From assembly GCA_022820625.1 (NCBI GenBank), contig JAJEFE010000111.1, positions 2,319-66,318 on the forward strand: a stretch of 64,000 nucleotides of DNA, read 5' to 3'. The stretch is from Gammaproteobacteria bacterium. Its GTDB lineage: Bacteria > Pseudomonadota > Gammaproteobacteria > Steroidobacterales > Rariloculaceae. Under the pieces are notes generated by a model, which was not told the origin of the DNA, did no database searches, and saw only the letters and a list, made by a program, of their open reading frames with translations. Position 1 is the stretch's first letter. Every line of letters begins with the position of its first letter. A program made the position numbers and the translations under genes. Below, piece after piece: positions 1-9,446 of the stretch.

Positions 1-1607
1 CGCAGCATCTGCGCACCGCTCTGGACGGCGGTGCCTTCGGGAGCTACGGCGTGGCCAGCACCTACTACACCGGCGCGCTTCAGACCACCACGTACAGGAT
101 TCCCAATTACTGGTTCGAGGGCGCCCGGGCCTTCACCAACAAGCCGCCCTGCGGGCCGAAGCGCGGCCACGGTACGCCGCAGCCCCGGTTCGCCTTCGAG
201 GTGCACCTGGACAAAGCGGCGCATCACCTGGGTATCGATCCCGCCGAGTTGCGGCTCAGAAACCTGCAGCCGCCCGACTCGGTGACGGCAAACTGGTTGC
301 GCATCGGCTTGATCGAGCTGCGCGAGTGCATCGAGGCCGTGGTGCGCGGCAGCGGCTGGAAGGAGCGCTACGGCAAGCTGCCCGAAGGCCGGGGCCTGGG
401 CCTTGCTTGCGGCGCGTACCTCTGCGGCGCCGGATTGCCGATCTACTGGAACCACATGCCCCAGTCCGGCGTGCAGATCAAGCTGGACCGTAGCGGATGC
501 GTGGCCGTGTTCTGCGGCGAGACCGAGATCGGCCAGGGTTCGGACTCGGTGCTCGCCGCCATCGTGGCGGAGGTTCTTGGCATCGAGTTGGAAGATATCC
601 GCCTATGCGTAGGCGATACCGACCTGACACCGGTGGATCTGGGGAGCTACTCCTCCCGGGTCACCATGATGGTCGGCCATGCCGCGATGCAGGCTGCCGA
701 GCGCGCCCGCGACATCATTGCCAGAGCCGTCGCGGCGCAATTGCGGGTTTCGGAGACGGAACTGGTCTTCGCAGATCGGCGCGTGTTTCCCGCCGGCGAC
801 CCTGACGATGGACTCGACTTCAGCGCGGCCGTGGTGGCGGCCGAGGCCCGCTACGGCACCCTCGGCACCACCGGTTCCTACATCCCGCCCCGTGCGCCGG
901 GACGCTACCGCGGCGCCGGCGTCGGGCCTTCACCGACCTATTCCTATTCCGCCGCGGTGGTCGAGGTGGAAGTGGACCCGCAAACCGGCGTCTACGACTG
1001 CAGGCACGTCTGGATGGCGCACGATATCGGCCAGGCCATCAACCCGGTGCTGGCCCTGGGCCAGATCGAGGGCAGCATTTACATGGGTCTCGGCGAGGCG
1101 ATGATGGAGGAGCAGGTGTTCCGGCGCCTGCCGAAGAAGCTGTCCGCCGCGTTGGTCCACAAGATGCCGTCGCTGCTGGAGTACAAGAGCCCCGGCTTCC
1201 ACGACATGCCCGGGATCACCAGTTACATGATCGAATCCAGGGACGAGCGCGCGCCCATGGGCGCCAAGGAAGTCGGCCAGGGCCCGTTGCTGCCGATCAT
1301 GCCAGCCGTGGTCAACGCCATCTTCGATGCGGTCGGTGTGCGCGTCGACCAGGTTCCGGCGACGCCGGAACTGATCCTGAAGGGACTGGAAGCCAAGGCA
1401 AGGGGGCGTCCGGCAAGAGTTGGCCCCACCCGGTTCCCCAGGGTGGACTACGGCACGCCCGTGGAGGTGCCGACACCGGAACAGGGCGGCGACGGCCGCG
1501 CCAGGCACGACCCGAAACACCGCGGTTTGCGGTCGGCTTCCGGCACCATGAAGGACCGTGACGAGGCCTTGAAGGAGCGGCGCAGTGCTACGCTTACCAC
1601 CGCTTGA
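1..1607 (+). CDS. Xanthine dehydrogenase/aldehyde oxidase-family molybdopterin-binding large subunit, C-terminal portion (4-hydroxybenzoyl-CoA reductase alpha-like); 5' end outside window
   Basis: The frame of ORF 51..1607 stays open back to nt 3. Segments such as GPKRGHGTPQ, GETEIGQGSDSVLAAIVAEVLG, DLGSYSSRVT and MGAKEVGQGPL match the Mo-cofactor domains of the XDH/CODH/HBCR family. It is followed by an overlapping FAD-subunit gene. Confidence 0.8.
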   Translation, partial: QHLRTALDGGAFGSYGVASTYYTGALQTTTYRIPNYWFEGARAFTNKPPCGPKRGHGTPQPRFAFEVHLDKAAHHLGIDPAELRLRNLQPPDSVTANWLRIGLIELRECIEAVVRGSGWKERYGKLPEGRGLGLACGAYLCGAGLPIYWNHMPQSGVQIKLDRSGCVAVFCGETEIGQGSDSVLAAIVAEVLGIELEDIRLCVGDTDLTPVDLGSYSSRVTMMVGHAAMQAAERARDIIARAVAAQLRVSETELVFADRRVFPAGDPDDGLDFSAAVVAAEARYGTLGTTGSYIPPRAPGRYRGAGVGPSPTYSYSAAVVEVEVDPQTGVYDCRHVWMAHDIGQAINPVLALGQIEGSIYMGLGEAMMEEQVFRRLPKKLSAALVHKMPSLLEYKSPGFHDMPGITSYMIESRDERAPMGAKEVGQGPLLPIMPAVVNAIFDAVGVRVDQVPATPELILKGLEAKARGRPARVGPTRFPRVDYGTPVEVPTPEQGGDGRARHDPKHRGLRSASGTMKDRDEALKERRSATLTTA

Positions 1608-2631
1608 ATTCAGGGCGCCGACAAGTCTGGACGAGGCGCTGGCTTCATTGGAGGGTGGCGGCGCGAACGGCGCCGGCCGGGTTCGGCTGGTGGCCGGCGG
1701 CACGGACCTGTGGCCGAACATGAAGCGCCGCCACCAGCAGGCCGGGACCGTCGTCAGCCTGATGTCCATCGACGAATTGCGCCGGATCGAGCAGACGGCG
1801 CGGGGACTGACCATCGGCTCGACGGTCACCCTGACCGGCGTGCTTCGAAACCCGGCGGTCCGCGACCGCTATCCGGGATTCGCCCGCGCCGTGGCGGCCA
1901 TCTCCTCTCCACCCCTGCGCAACATGGGCACGCTCGGGGGCAATCTCTGCGTGGATACCCGCTGCACCTATTACAACCAGACCGAGGAATGGCGCCGCTC
2001 CATCGACTACTGCATGAAGGAGCAGGGCACGATCTGCTGGGTGGCCACCAACTCGCCGCGCTGCTGGGCCCACTCCGCCAGCGACGCCGCCCCCATGCTT
2101 TGCGCACTGGGCGCGAGACTCAAACTGGTTTCGTCAGCCGGCGAACGGGAGATCCCCCTCGCCGATCTCTATCGCGACGACGGCATCGACTATCTCGGCA
2201 TGCGTCCCGGTGAAATTCTCACTGAGGTAACCGTCCCCAACGATGCCGACTCCGAACATTGCCGGTCGGCTTTCTGGAAGCTTCGCCGACGGGGCTCGAT
2301 CGACTTTTCGGTCCTGTCGGTGGCCGTTGCGCTATGGATGGACAAGCACAACGCGGTCAGCCGCGCCGCCGTTTACCTCGGGGCCGTGGGTTCGAGCCCG
2401 GTGGCCGTAGATACAGCAGAGGAACTGCTGGTGGGCAAGACCATCGATGAGGATCTGATTGCCGCCGTGGCCCGCCAGGCCCGCAAGGACGCCACGCCCA
2501 TGAGCAACACCGACTTCGTGCCGGCCTGGCGGGGCAAGATGGCCGAACACTATACCCACGCCGCGCTCTGCGAAGCCGCCGGTCTGCCGGTGCGCCGCCA
2601 GGCGCCGAAACACGGGCTGACGGTGGTCTGA
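1585..2631 (+). CDS. FAD-binding medium subunit of a xanthine dehydrogenase-family enzyme (CoxM/HcrB-like) with a Cys-rich insertion
   Basis: GTG start overlaps the upstream gene by 23 nt. LVAGGTDLWPNMK is the FAD-binding signature. A five-Cys insertion (C122..C160: LCVDTRC...DYCMKEQGTICWVATNSPRC) is present. Typical length of 348 aa. Confidence 0.8.
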   Translation: MLRLPPLEFRAPTSLDEALASLEGGGANGAGRVRLVAGGTDLWPNMKRRHQQAGTVVSLMSIDELRRIEQTARGLTIGSTVTLTGVLRNPAVRDRYPGFARAVAAISSPPLRNMGTLGGNLCVDTRCTYYNQTEEWRRSIDYCMKEQGTICWVATNSPRCWAHSASDAAPMLCALGARLKLVSSAGEREIPLADLYRDDGIDYLGMRPGEILTEVTVPNDADSEHCRSAFWKLRRRGSIDFSVLSVAVALWMDKHNAVSRAAVYLGAVGSSPVAVDTAEELLVGKTIDEDLIAAVARQARKDATPMSNTDFVPAWRGKMAEHYTHAALCEAAGLPVRRQAPKHGLTVV

Positions 2632-2660
2632 TTCGGAGCTGCCCCTACGCCGAATCGGCC

Positions 2661-3092
2661 TCATGCTTCCGTGTTGTGTACCGGCAGAGCCTTGAGAAGT
2701 TGCTTCGGCGGGGGAACCGCCTGAATTTGTCCATCCCGTCCTTTTGCAACCACCCGAATCTCATGGCCTTCGGCGCAACGTCTTCCGTCGACGCTTACGA
2801 GATGGTCTACCCGGAGCGTCTTTCTCCGCCAGGAAGCGACGTGGCTTGCAAGCGTGACGGTGTCTCCGAAACGAATGGGACTCAGGAACCGGCTGCCGGC
2901 TTCGACCAGGGGCAGTCCCAGGAGTCCCAGCTCATTCCTGAGGAATGCGTAGGGTACGCCGGCCGCGTCCAGAAGATGGCGTGTACCGATGTCGAACCAC
3001 CTGAAGTAGTTGGGATAAAACACGATCGCGGCCTGATCGGTATCACCCCATTCCACCGGAATCTCGATTTCATTCTTCATGGCTCTTATCAT
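2661..3092 (-). CDS. Hotdog-fold acyl-CoA thioesterase (4HBT/YbgC-like)
   Basis: VEWGDTDQAAIVFYPNYFRWFD...GLPLVEAGSRFLSPIRFGD is typical of the 4-hydroxybenzoyl-CoA thioesterase family. The start is taken at the internal ATG (3092, alternatively 3080) because the first 32 codons of ORF 2661..3188 are Arg/Gly-rich and lack homology signal. Confidence 0.75.
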   Translation of the reverse strand: MIRAMKNEIEIPVEWGDTDQAAIVFYPNYFRWFDIGTRHLLDAAGVPYAFLRNELGLLGLPLVEAGSRFLSPIRFGDTVTLASHVASWRRKTLRVDHLVSVDGRRCAEGHEIRVVAKGRDGQIQAVPPPKQLLKALPVHNTEA

Positions 3093-3259
3093 GTCACAGT
3101 CAGTCCTGCCCAACTCACCTGCGACGGCCCACCCGCTCGCGCCAAGGCGCCGCGGCGGCGCACGCCGGCACGTCCGCCCACACCCCACCGCGCGACCGGA
3201 TGGGATGGGGTGAAATCGGCGGGCTGAAGGCGGGAGTACCGGGAGTAACGGAGCAAGAC

Positions 3260-5356
3260 ATGAGCGTTGTCAGCGTAGAGACAAGGGACAATCTGGCCAT
3301 CATTACCATCGACAATCCGCCGGTGAACGCGTTGTCGCAGGCCGTGCGTGCGGGGATCGTCAGTGCGCTGGACGAGGCCGAGGGTGCAGGCGCGGAGGCT
3401 GTCGTTCTGCACTGCGCGGGCCGGACCTTCGTCGCAGGCGCGGATATCCGTGAATTCGGCAAGTCTCTCAAGCCGCCCTGGCTTCCCGAAGTCATCGCCC
3501 GCATCGAGGCCTGCGACGGTCCGGTCGTGGCTGCGCTCCATGGCACGACGCTCGGCGGGGGGTTGGAACTCGCGCTGGGCTGCCATTACCGAATCGCCGT
3601 GCCAACCGCTCGTGTCGGATTTCCGGAGGTCAACCTGGGACTGATTCCGGGCGCCGGTGGCACCCAGCGGCTGCCGCGGCTGGTGGGTGCGGAACGCGCT
3701 CTGGATGTGATGATTTCCGGCAAGCCGGCGAATGCCGCAGAGGCGGCCAGGGCGGGCATCGTCGATCGGCTCGCCGAGAGCGGAAACCTCCTCGACGAAG
3801 CCATGAACTTCGCGAGGGAATTGGTTGCAGGTGGTGAGCCTCCACGGCTTATCCGGGATCTGTCTGTGGAACCCGTGGATCCGGATTTCTTCTCGGAATA
3901 TCGCAAGCGCATTGCCCCAAAGACACGCGGGCTCATGTCGCCGGAACGGATCGTGCGTTGCGTCGAAGCGTCGCTGCACGTGCCGATCGACCAGGCGCTC
4001 AAGGAGGAACGGGAGCACTTCTTCGAGTGCATGGCGTCGCCGCAGTCGAGCGCACTGCGGCATCTGTTCTTCGCCGAGCGCCAGGCGGTCAAGCCGCCAC
4101 CCGGCGTGAGCGCATCCGCCGAGGTCCCCGAGATGCGGCGCATTGCCGTCATCGGCGCCGGCACCATGGGCGCCGGAATCGCCTATAGCTGCCTTGGAGC
4201 GGGATTCGAAGTCACGGTGCTCGACAATGACGAAGCCGGGCTTGCCCGGGGACAGAAAACCATCGAAGGCCTTTACAAAGGCGGAGTCGCGCGCGGCAAG
4301 GTCAGTCGGGAGAAGGCAGCGGATGGGCTCGGCCGGTTGACAACGTCACAGGATTACGCGGCCGTGGGGGGGGTTGACCTGGTGATCGAAGCGGTTTTCG
4401 AAAGCATGGCGATCAAGCAGGAAGTCTTCGCCCGCCTGGACCGGGTGTGCGGCCCGGATACGATCCTGGCGACCAACACCTCGACACTGGACGTGGACCG
4501 CATCGCGGCCGCCACGGACAGGCCCGGCAAGGTCATCGGAACGCACTTCTTCAGTCCGGCCCATATCATGCGGCTGGTCGAAATCGTGCGCGGAGCGGAG
4601 ACTGAGGATTCGGTGATCGTCGCCGGGCTCCCGCTGGCGAAACGGTTGCGCAAGGTCGGCGTGGTCGTTGGCAACTGTTTCGGCTTTGTAGGCAACCGGA
4701 TGCTCTACGGGTACGGGCGGGAGAGTCAGTTGCTGCTGCTGGAAGGCGCTGCACCCGAACAGATCGACGGCGCACTCCAGGATTGGGGAATGGCCATGGG
4801 GCCTCATGCAGTGGGTGACCTGGCCGGTCTGGATGTTGGCTACAGTGTGCGCAGGGAGCGCACGGACTTGCCGGACGATCCCCGCTTCTACCGCGTGGCC
4901 GATGTGCTGGTGGAGGCCGGACGACTGGGGCGCAAAACCGGCAAGGGCATGTATCTGTACGAATCGGGATCCCGGGCGCCCATCCCGGATCCGGAAGTCG
5001 CGGCGTGGATTGCCAGTGAGGCGGAGGCGCTGGGGGTCGAGCAGCGGGCGATCGGAGAGCGGGAAATCGTCGAGCGGTGTATCTACGCACTCATCGTCGA
5101 GGGCGCGCGCATCCTGGAAGAGGGGATCGCAAGCCGCTCCGGCGACATCGATGTCGTGTGGGTCAACGGCTATGGGTTCCCGCGCTATCGTGGTGGCCCC
5201 ATGCACTACGCCGATACCATCGGTGTCGACAAGGTCTACGCGAAAGTTTGCGAGTTCCGCAATCGGTTCGGGCCAATGTACTGGGAAGTCCCGGAACTGC
5301 TGGAGGATCTGGCCCGTCGCGGCGGCAAGTTCGCGGACCTGAAACCGGCAGGGTAG
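3260..5356 (+). CDS. Bifunctional enoyl-CoA hydratase / 3-hydroxyacyl-CoA dehydrogenase (FadB/FadJ-like)
   Basis: N-terminal crotonase fold (ITIDNPPVNAL, FVAGADIREF, GGGLELALGCHYR). Central Rossmann fold (IAVIGAGTMGAGIA) and HAD C-terminal domains. ATG at 3260 is preceded by GGAG. Confidence 0.85.
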   Translation: MSVVSVETRDNLAIITIDNPPVNALSQAVRAGIVSALDEAEGAGAEAVVLHCAGRTFVAGADIREFGKSLKPPWLPEVIARIEACDGPVVAALHGTTLGGGLELALGCHYRIAVPTARVGFPEVNLGLIPGAGGTQRLPRLVGAERALDVMISGKPANAAEAARAGIVDRLAESGNLLDEAMNFARELVAGGEPPRLIRDLSVEPVDPDFFSEYRKRIAPKTRGLMSPERIVRCVEASLHVPIDQALKEEREHFFECMASPQSSALRHLFFAERQAVKPPPGVSASAEVPEMRRIAVIGAGTMGAGIAYSCLGAGFEVTVLDNDEAGLARGQKTIEGLYKGGVARGKVSREKAADGLGRLTTSQDYAAVGGVDLVIEAVFESMAIKQEVFARLDRVCGPDTILATNTSTLDVDRIAAATDRPGKVIGTHFFSPAHIMRLVEIVRGAETEDSVIVAGLPLAKRLRKVGVVVGNCFGFVGNRMLYGYGRESQLLLLEGAAPEQIDGALQDWGMAMGPHAVGDLAGLDVGYSVRRERTDLPDDPRFYRVADVLVEAGRLGRKTGKGMYLYESGSRAPIPDPEVAAWIASEAEALGVEQRAIGEREIVERCIYALIVEGARILEEGIASRSGDIDVVWVNGYGFPRYRGGPMHYADTIGVDKVYAKVCEFRNRFGPMYWEVPELLEDLARRGGKFADLKPAG

Positions 5357-5373
5357 CCGTCCGGTTTGCCGGC

Positions 5374-6630
5374 TCAGGGCTGGGCCGCTTGCGCGGTTGC
5401 CGCGAACTGCTCCACCTCCCGCCAGACACGCAGGAGATTGCCGCCCCAGAGTTTCTCGATGTCCTCCTGGCTGTAGCCGCGTCGTACCAGTTCCAGTGTC
5501 ACGTTGGCGGTTTCGCTGGCGTCCCACCAGCCGACAACGCCGCCGCCGCCGTCAAAGTCCGAGCTCAAGCCCACGTGATCGATGCCGATCAGGTTGACGG
5601 CGTAGTCCACGTGGTCGATGAAATCGCCGACATCGGCGTAGCCGATTTCCTCAAGCCTCGAACTGGCTTCAGCCCGCTGCTCGTCGGTAAGCGTGAACCA
5701 GCCCCGCATAGTTGCGATTCCGTATTCGCCAAGGATGGAAGCTGTCGCCTCCTGCAGTTCGGTCGTGTATTCCTTGACAAAAAAACTCAGCGCGGTGGCC
5801 TGCATCACTCCGCCGTTGTCGCGTAACGCCAGAAGCGTTTCGTCGTCCATGTTGCGGGGGTGGTTGGTCACCGCAAGCGCATTGGAGTGCGAAGCGATCA
5901 CCGGGGCTCGGGACAGGCGAATCGCATCCAGTGCTGCGGCCCTTGAGACATGGGAGAGATCCACCATGATCCCGAGCCGGTTCATCTCCGCGATGGCTTG
6001 CTCCCCGAATTCGCTGATGCCGTCGTGCTCCGATTCTTCATCGCCCAGGTCCATGCGGGGCTGTGCCGAGTCGGCGATGTCGTTATGGCCGTTGTGGGCG
6101 AGCGTCACATAGCGTGCGCCGAGATCGTGGTAGCGCTGCAGCAGGGCGAGATCCTGGCCGATCACGTAACCGTTCTCGATGCCGATGGCCGCCACCAGCT
6201 TGCCCTCGGAATGAATGCGTTCGACATCGTCGGGCGTATAGGCCAGTTCGATCAGGTCGGGGTACATCTCCCCGGCCATCCGGTGGATGGCGTCGAATTT
6301 CGTCATCGCATCTGCCTGCGCTTGCGCGTAGTTCTCCGGAGTGCGCTCGGTCTGGCCGACGTAGACGATGAAGAAAGCCGCGTCGAGACCGCCGGCGCGC
6401 ATCTTCTCAAGATTCAATTGGCGCGGGGCATTGAGCGGGTCCACGGCTTCGGTCGCGAAGTCGAACGGAATGTCGTCGTGGCTATCGACGGTCATCACCG
6501 CCTCGTGAATGGCGTGAGCGCGGGCATCTTGCATCGTCTGGCTATCCTCTCCGGGTTCCCTGTCGGCACATCCAACCGCTGCCGTCACCGCGGAGACGAC
6601 TGCACAGAGTCGCGATACTTGCAGTTTCAT
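5374..6630 (-). CDS. Membrane (renal-type) dipeptidase, peptidase family M19, lipoprotein
   Basis: Lipobox ...TAAVGC. M19 motifs HDDIPFDF, YVTLAHNGHNDIADS, MVDLSHVS, VIASHSN and IGIDHVGLSSDFDGGG. Confidence 0.85.
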   Translation of the reverse strand: MKLQVSRLCAVVSAVTAAVGCADREPGEDSQTMQDARAHAIHEAVMTVDSHDDIPFDFATEAVDPLNAPRQLNLEKMRAGGLDAAFFIVYVGQTERTPENYAQAQADAMTKFDAIHRMAGEMYPDLIELAYTPDDVERIHSEGKLVAAIGIENGYVIGQDLALLQRYHDLGARYVTLAHNGHNDIADSAQPRMDLGDEESEHDGISEFGEQAIAEMNRLGIMVDLSHVSRAAALDAIRLSRAPVIASHSNALAVTNHPRNMDDETLLALRDNGGVMQATALSFFVKEYTTELQEATASILGEYGIATMRGWFTLTDEQRAEASSRLEEIGYADVGDFIDHVDYAVNLIGIDHVGLSSDFDGGGGVVGWWDASETANVTLELVRRGYSQEDIEKLWGGNLLRVWREVEQFAATAQAAQP

Positions 6631-6839
6631 GGTTCGTGTTCAGTAAAAGGGGCCACAGGACTTGATTGTATCGCTTGCAGAGCGATGGTTCAGGAGCATG
6701 TCGTGTTGCGTCGCGAGAGAACCTGCAAAATTCCGCTGCCGCAGCCCGTATTTGTCCGCATCGCTGGCGCGGCCGCCCGTATACATACCTTGAATGATCA
6801 GGTATAGTGGCGGCATCTTTCGCCGGAGTGTTCGCTGCC

Positions 6840-7178
6840 ATGGGCAAGACCAATCCCCCCTTCATGACCGGCGTTCCCGAGCTCCTGGTGCTCCGGCTGC
6901 TGTCCCAGCGCGAGATGTACGGTTACGAACTGGTCAAGTCCGTGCGCATGGTGACCAGCGAAGCGATTTCGTTGGGCGAGGGCGTGATCTACCCCGTGCT
7001 CCACGGGCTGGAAAAGGCCGGGGCGCTCACGGCAAAGCGCAAGCCGGTCAACGGGCGGACCCGGGTTTATTATTCGGTTACGCCGCTGGGGCGCGAACGG
7101 CTGGAGCGGCTCAGCGGCGAGTGGGACCGGGTCAGTGCCGGAGTGGATTCCGCTCTTGGCGAGGCAGGGCATGTCTGA
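6840..7178 (+). CDS. PadR-family transcriptional regulator
   Basis: ELLVLRLLSQREMYGYELVKSV....GEGVIYPVLHGLEKAGAL....NGRTRVYYSVTPLGRERL is the PadR winged-helix signature. The internal ATG at 6840 is preferred over 6807. Confidence 0.85.
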   Translation: MGKTNPPFMTGVPELLVLRLLSQREMYGYELVKSVRMVTSEAISLGEGVIYPVLHGLEKAGALTAKRKPVNGRTRVYYSVTPLGRERLERLSGEWDRVSAGVDSALGEAGHV

Positions 7179-7626
7179 AATCCCGGCTTCGGCGCCCTCG
7201 AGTGAATTCCGGGCGTTGAGGCGGGAACTCCTCCGCGGGGGCGTGGCGCCAGCCATGGTCGCCCGCATGTTGGCCGAACTTTACGATCACTACGAAGATC
7301 TGGAATCCGAGGCGGTCGCATCGGGTCGCTCGATCGCCAAGGCATCCGCCGAGGCCATGGGACGGCTTGGTTCGAGCCGCGTGCTGGCCCGCGAGGTCTT
7401 GCGGAATCCGGAATTCCAGTCATGGGCGTTTCGATGGCCGTGGGTTCCGGCGGTACTGCGGCAGTTTGTCATCGTGACCTCGCTGGTGTCCGTGCCGGTA
7501 CTGGTCGTGGTATCCCGTGGCCCGCTGATCGTGCGCTGGTGCGTATCCACGGGCCTGGCGATGCTGATCACCGGCGCGCTGCTTCTTCTGCTGGCTCGCA
7601 TGATGATCGGGCGACTGCCTCTCTGA
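7171..7626 (+). CDS. PadR-associated membrane protein (cytoplasmic N-terminal helix domain plus about 3 TM helices)
   Basis: The start ATG overlaps the padR stop (ATGTCTGA, 8-nt overlap). Hydrophobic C-terminal half. The arrangement is typical of PadR partner genes. No specific family was recognised. Confidence 0.6.
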   Translation: MSEIPASAPSSEFRALRRELLRGGVAPAMVARMLAELYDHYEDLESEAVASGRSIAKASAEAMGRLGSSRVLAREVLRNPEFQSWAFRWPWVPAVLRQFVIVTSLVSVPVLVVVSRGPLIVRWCVSTGLAMLITGALLLLLARMMIGRLPL

Positions 7627-7660
7627 CCCGACCGGCCACTGGACATGCAGGGGTAAGGCC

Positions 7661-8243
7661 ATGGCGCGGGAGTCCGCATTTCTTGAGTCCGGGCCGAAAA
7701 ACGTTTTTGATCGACGATGCTTTCTGCTTGGCCTTGCGTCGAGTCTGGCCCTGCCCCGGCGCGTCGCTTCCCAGGTGCCGGGCAACCCGGACGTGGTGGT
7801 CATCGGCGCAGGGGCCGCGGGACTGGCCGCAACGCGGACGCTGATGGCGATGGGTTACGACGTCGCCCTGCTGGAGGCGGGCGCCCGAATCGGGGGACGC
7901 GCGCATACCAACATGAGCACCTGGGAAGCGATGACGGTCTCCACCGGCGTACTCGGTTCGGGAGCCATCGCGTTCACACCGCCACTCCCCGTGGCAAAGC
8001 AGGAATCGTTCGACGGAGTCTCAATGGGCCTTTACAACCACATCACGCTGCAGTTCGGCGAGGACATCTTCGGATTGGGTGAGGATGGATATCTGTTCTG
8101 GCAATTGCGAGACGAAGGGGGTTTCGGAGTGCTGACCAACGCGAACGGCCATGGTCTTGCCTATTGCGATATCGGCGACCGTCGCCGGTGCGCACCTCTC
8201 CGGTGTTGACAGCGGCGCGAGAGTCGCGCGGATGCTTGCGTAG
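7661..8243 (+). pseudogene. Flavin amine oxidase-like gene, decayed (large internal deletion plus frameshift)
   Basis: Tat-like signal (RRCFLLGLASSLALP) and an intact dinucleotide-binding start (DVVVIGAGAAGLAATRTL...LLEAGARIGGR). About 20 aa later it jumps to C-terminal-type sequence (AFTPPLPVAKQESFDG...ITLQFGEDIF). The expected C-terminal GA..SG..A motif (VAGAHLSGVDSGARVARMLA*) lies in the +1 frame at 8181..8243. Confidence 0.55.
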
Positions 8244-8397
8244 CGATTCATGCCTTCAATTGGAGTCGCGATTGCGACCGCCGAGTGGCTGGCGGGAATT
8301 GATGTAGTCGGCCGTACCCGAATGCGGTGTCAGGCTGATGTACTGGCATGTACATTCAAGAACATTCGCACCCGCTTCGGCAGCCTGGTTCTGGGGT

Positions 8398-9234
8398 TCA
8401 CGCCGCACGCGTCGGGGGCGCGATACCGCCCCATCGCTCGGGAAGATCGGTCGCGTGGTCGTAGACGAGCTTGCCGTCTTCGAGAAAGGGCACGGCGAGA
8501 TTGAGCCGCTCGCCCGTCTGTGAATGGCGGACGGGCGAGCTGGCGTATTGCGGCAGGTAGACGCGTCGCATGCGGTCCGTCCTGTTCGCGCCGCTGCTGT
8601 GCAGGTTGTAGCTCGAGAACGCGACTACGCTGCCCGCCGGAACCTCAATGGTGACTCCCCGATCGTCCCCCGTGTAGCCGACAAGGTCGTTGCTGTCGGG
8701 GTCCCTGTCATGGGTAATGATCCTGTTCGCCGTACCGCCTCGGGAATGCGGTAGCAGGTAAACGGTGCCGTTGGATTCGTCGACGGCGTCCAGTGTGCAC
8801 CAGCACGTGAGATAGGGGTCGTGCACGGTCCCTGAATCCTCGAACTTGACGTAGCCCGAATCCTGGTGCCAGGAGAAGTTCATGCCCTGCTCGGCGCACT
8901 TGACGACCCACTGCTCATGGAAGAGATACGCTTCGGTTCCGAGCGTGGCGCGGCAGACCTCGGCCATGAGGTCGCCGAAGATGAACTGCCACAGCCGCGA
9001 GCTGTAGCGGTAGAGGCCATTGACGAAATACCGTTTGCCCCGAACGGACAGTGCGCCGGCGGGGAGCAGGCCCGCGTCGATGCGGGCGTCCATGTAGCCG
9101 AGGAAGTAGGAACACTCCTCGCGCAGCATCTGCAGCGAATCTTCCGGTATGACGCTTTCGAGGATCATGTAGCCCTCTTCGGCATAGAGGCGCCGGTTCT
9201 CCGTGGAAACCAGATCGGCGTAAAGGTTGGACAT
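8398..9234 (-). CDS. Phytanoyl-CoA dioxygenase (PhyH) family Fe(II)/2-oxoglutarate oxygenase
   Basis: EEGYMILESVIPEDSL, facial-triad-type WHQDSGY (H-x-D), distal NLHSSGANRTDRMRRV (His and Arg). Confidence 0.8.
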   Translation of the reverse strand: MSNLYADLVSTENRRLYAEEGYMILESVIPEDSLQMLREECSYFLGYMDARIDAGLLPAGALSVRGKRYFVNGLYRYSSRLWQFIFGDLMAEVCRATLGTEAYLFHEQWVVKCAEQGMNFSWHQDSGYVKFEDSGTVHDPYLTCWCTLDAVDESNGTVYLLPHSRGGTANRIITHDRDPDSNDLVGYTGDDRGVTIEVPAGSVVAFSSYNLHSSGANRTDRMRRVYLPQYASSPVRHSQTGERLNLAVPFLEDGKLVYDHATDLPERWGGIAPPTRAA

Positions 9235-9374
9235 GTTCCGGCCCCGGCCATCGGTCGTGAACTGCGGCCCGATAACCGAAACTGCGAACGTACGTCATTA
9301 TTGCGATGGCGACGGGCGGTTTCGGTACGGCGCAACGCTACCGCAGCGTAGTCCCCCGCTTACATGCAGGCAAA

Positions 9375-9388
9375 TGAATACGTATGTT
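9375..9388. promoter_or_regulatory. LacI-type operator candidate TGAATACGTATGTT in the divergent PhyH/PhyH-ABC promoter region
   Basis: 14-bp CG-centred near-palindrome. 12/14 identical to the site upstream of the TonB-dependent receptor (39053..39066). It lies 59 nt upstream of the 9447 start. Confidence 0.4.
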
Positions 9389-9446
9389 GTTCGTCACCGG
9401 GCGACGTATAGATAGGTAGAATCGAGTCTTTCGAGAGGGAAGTGCG

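Noticed and set aside
2386-2400. GGGTTCGAGCCC, a tRNA T-loop-like string.
   Set aside because: It lies inside the well-supported FAD-subunit CDS. The flanks do not form a T-stem, acceptor stem or anticodon arm. No tRNA was called anywhere in the window.
6785-6805. ATACC-N11-GGTAT inverted repeat in the dipeptidase/PadR divergent region, as a PadR operator.
   Set aside because: The arms are only 5 bp and there is no second copy or conservation evidence. It is plausible but unsupported.
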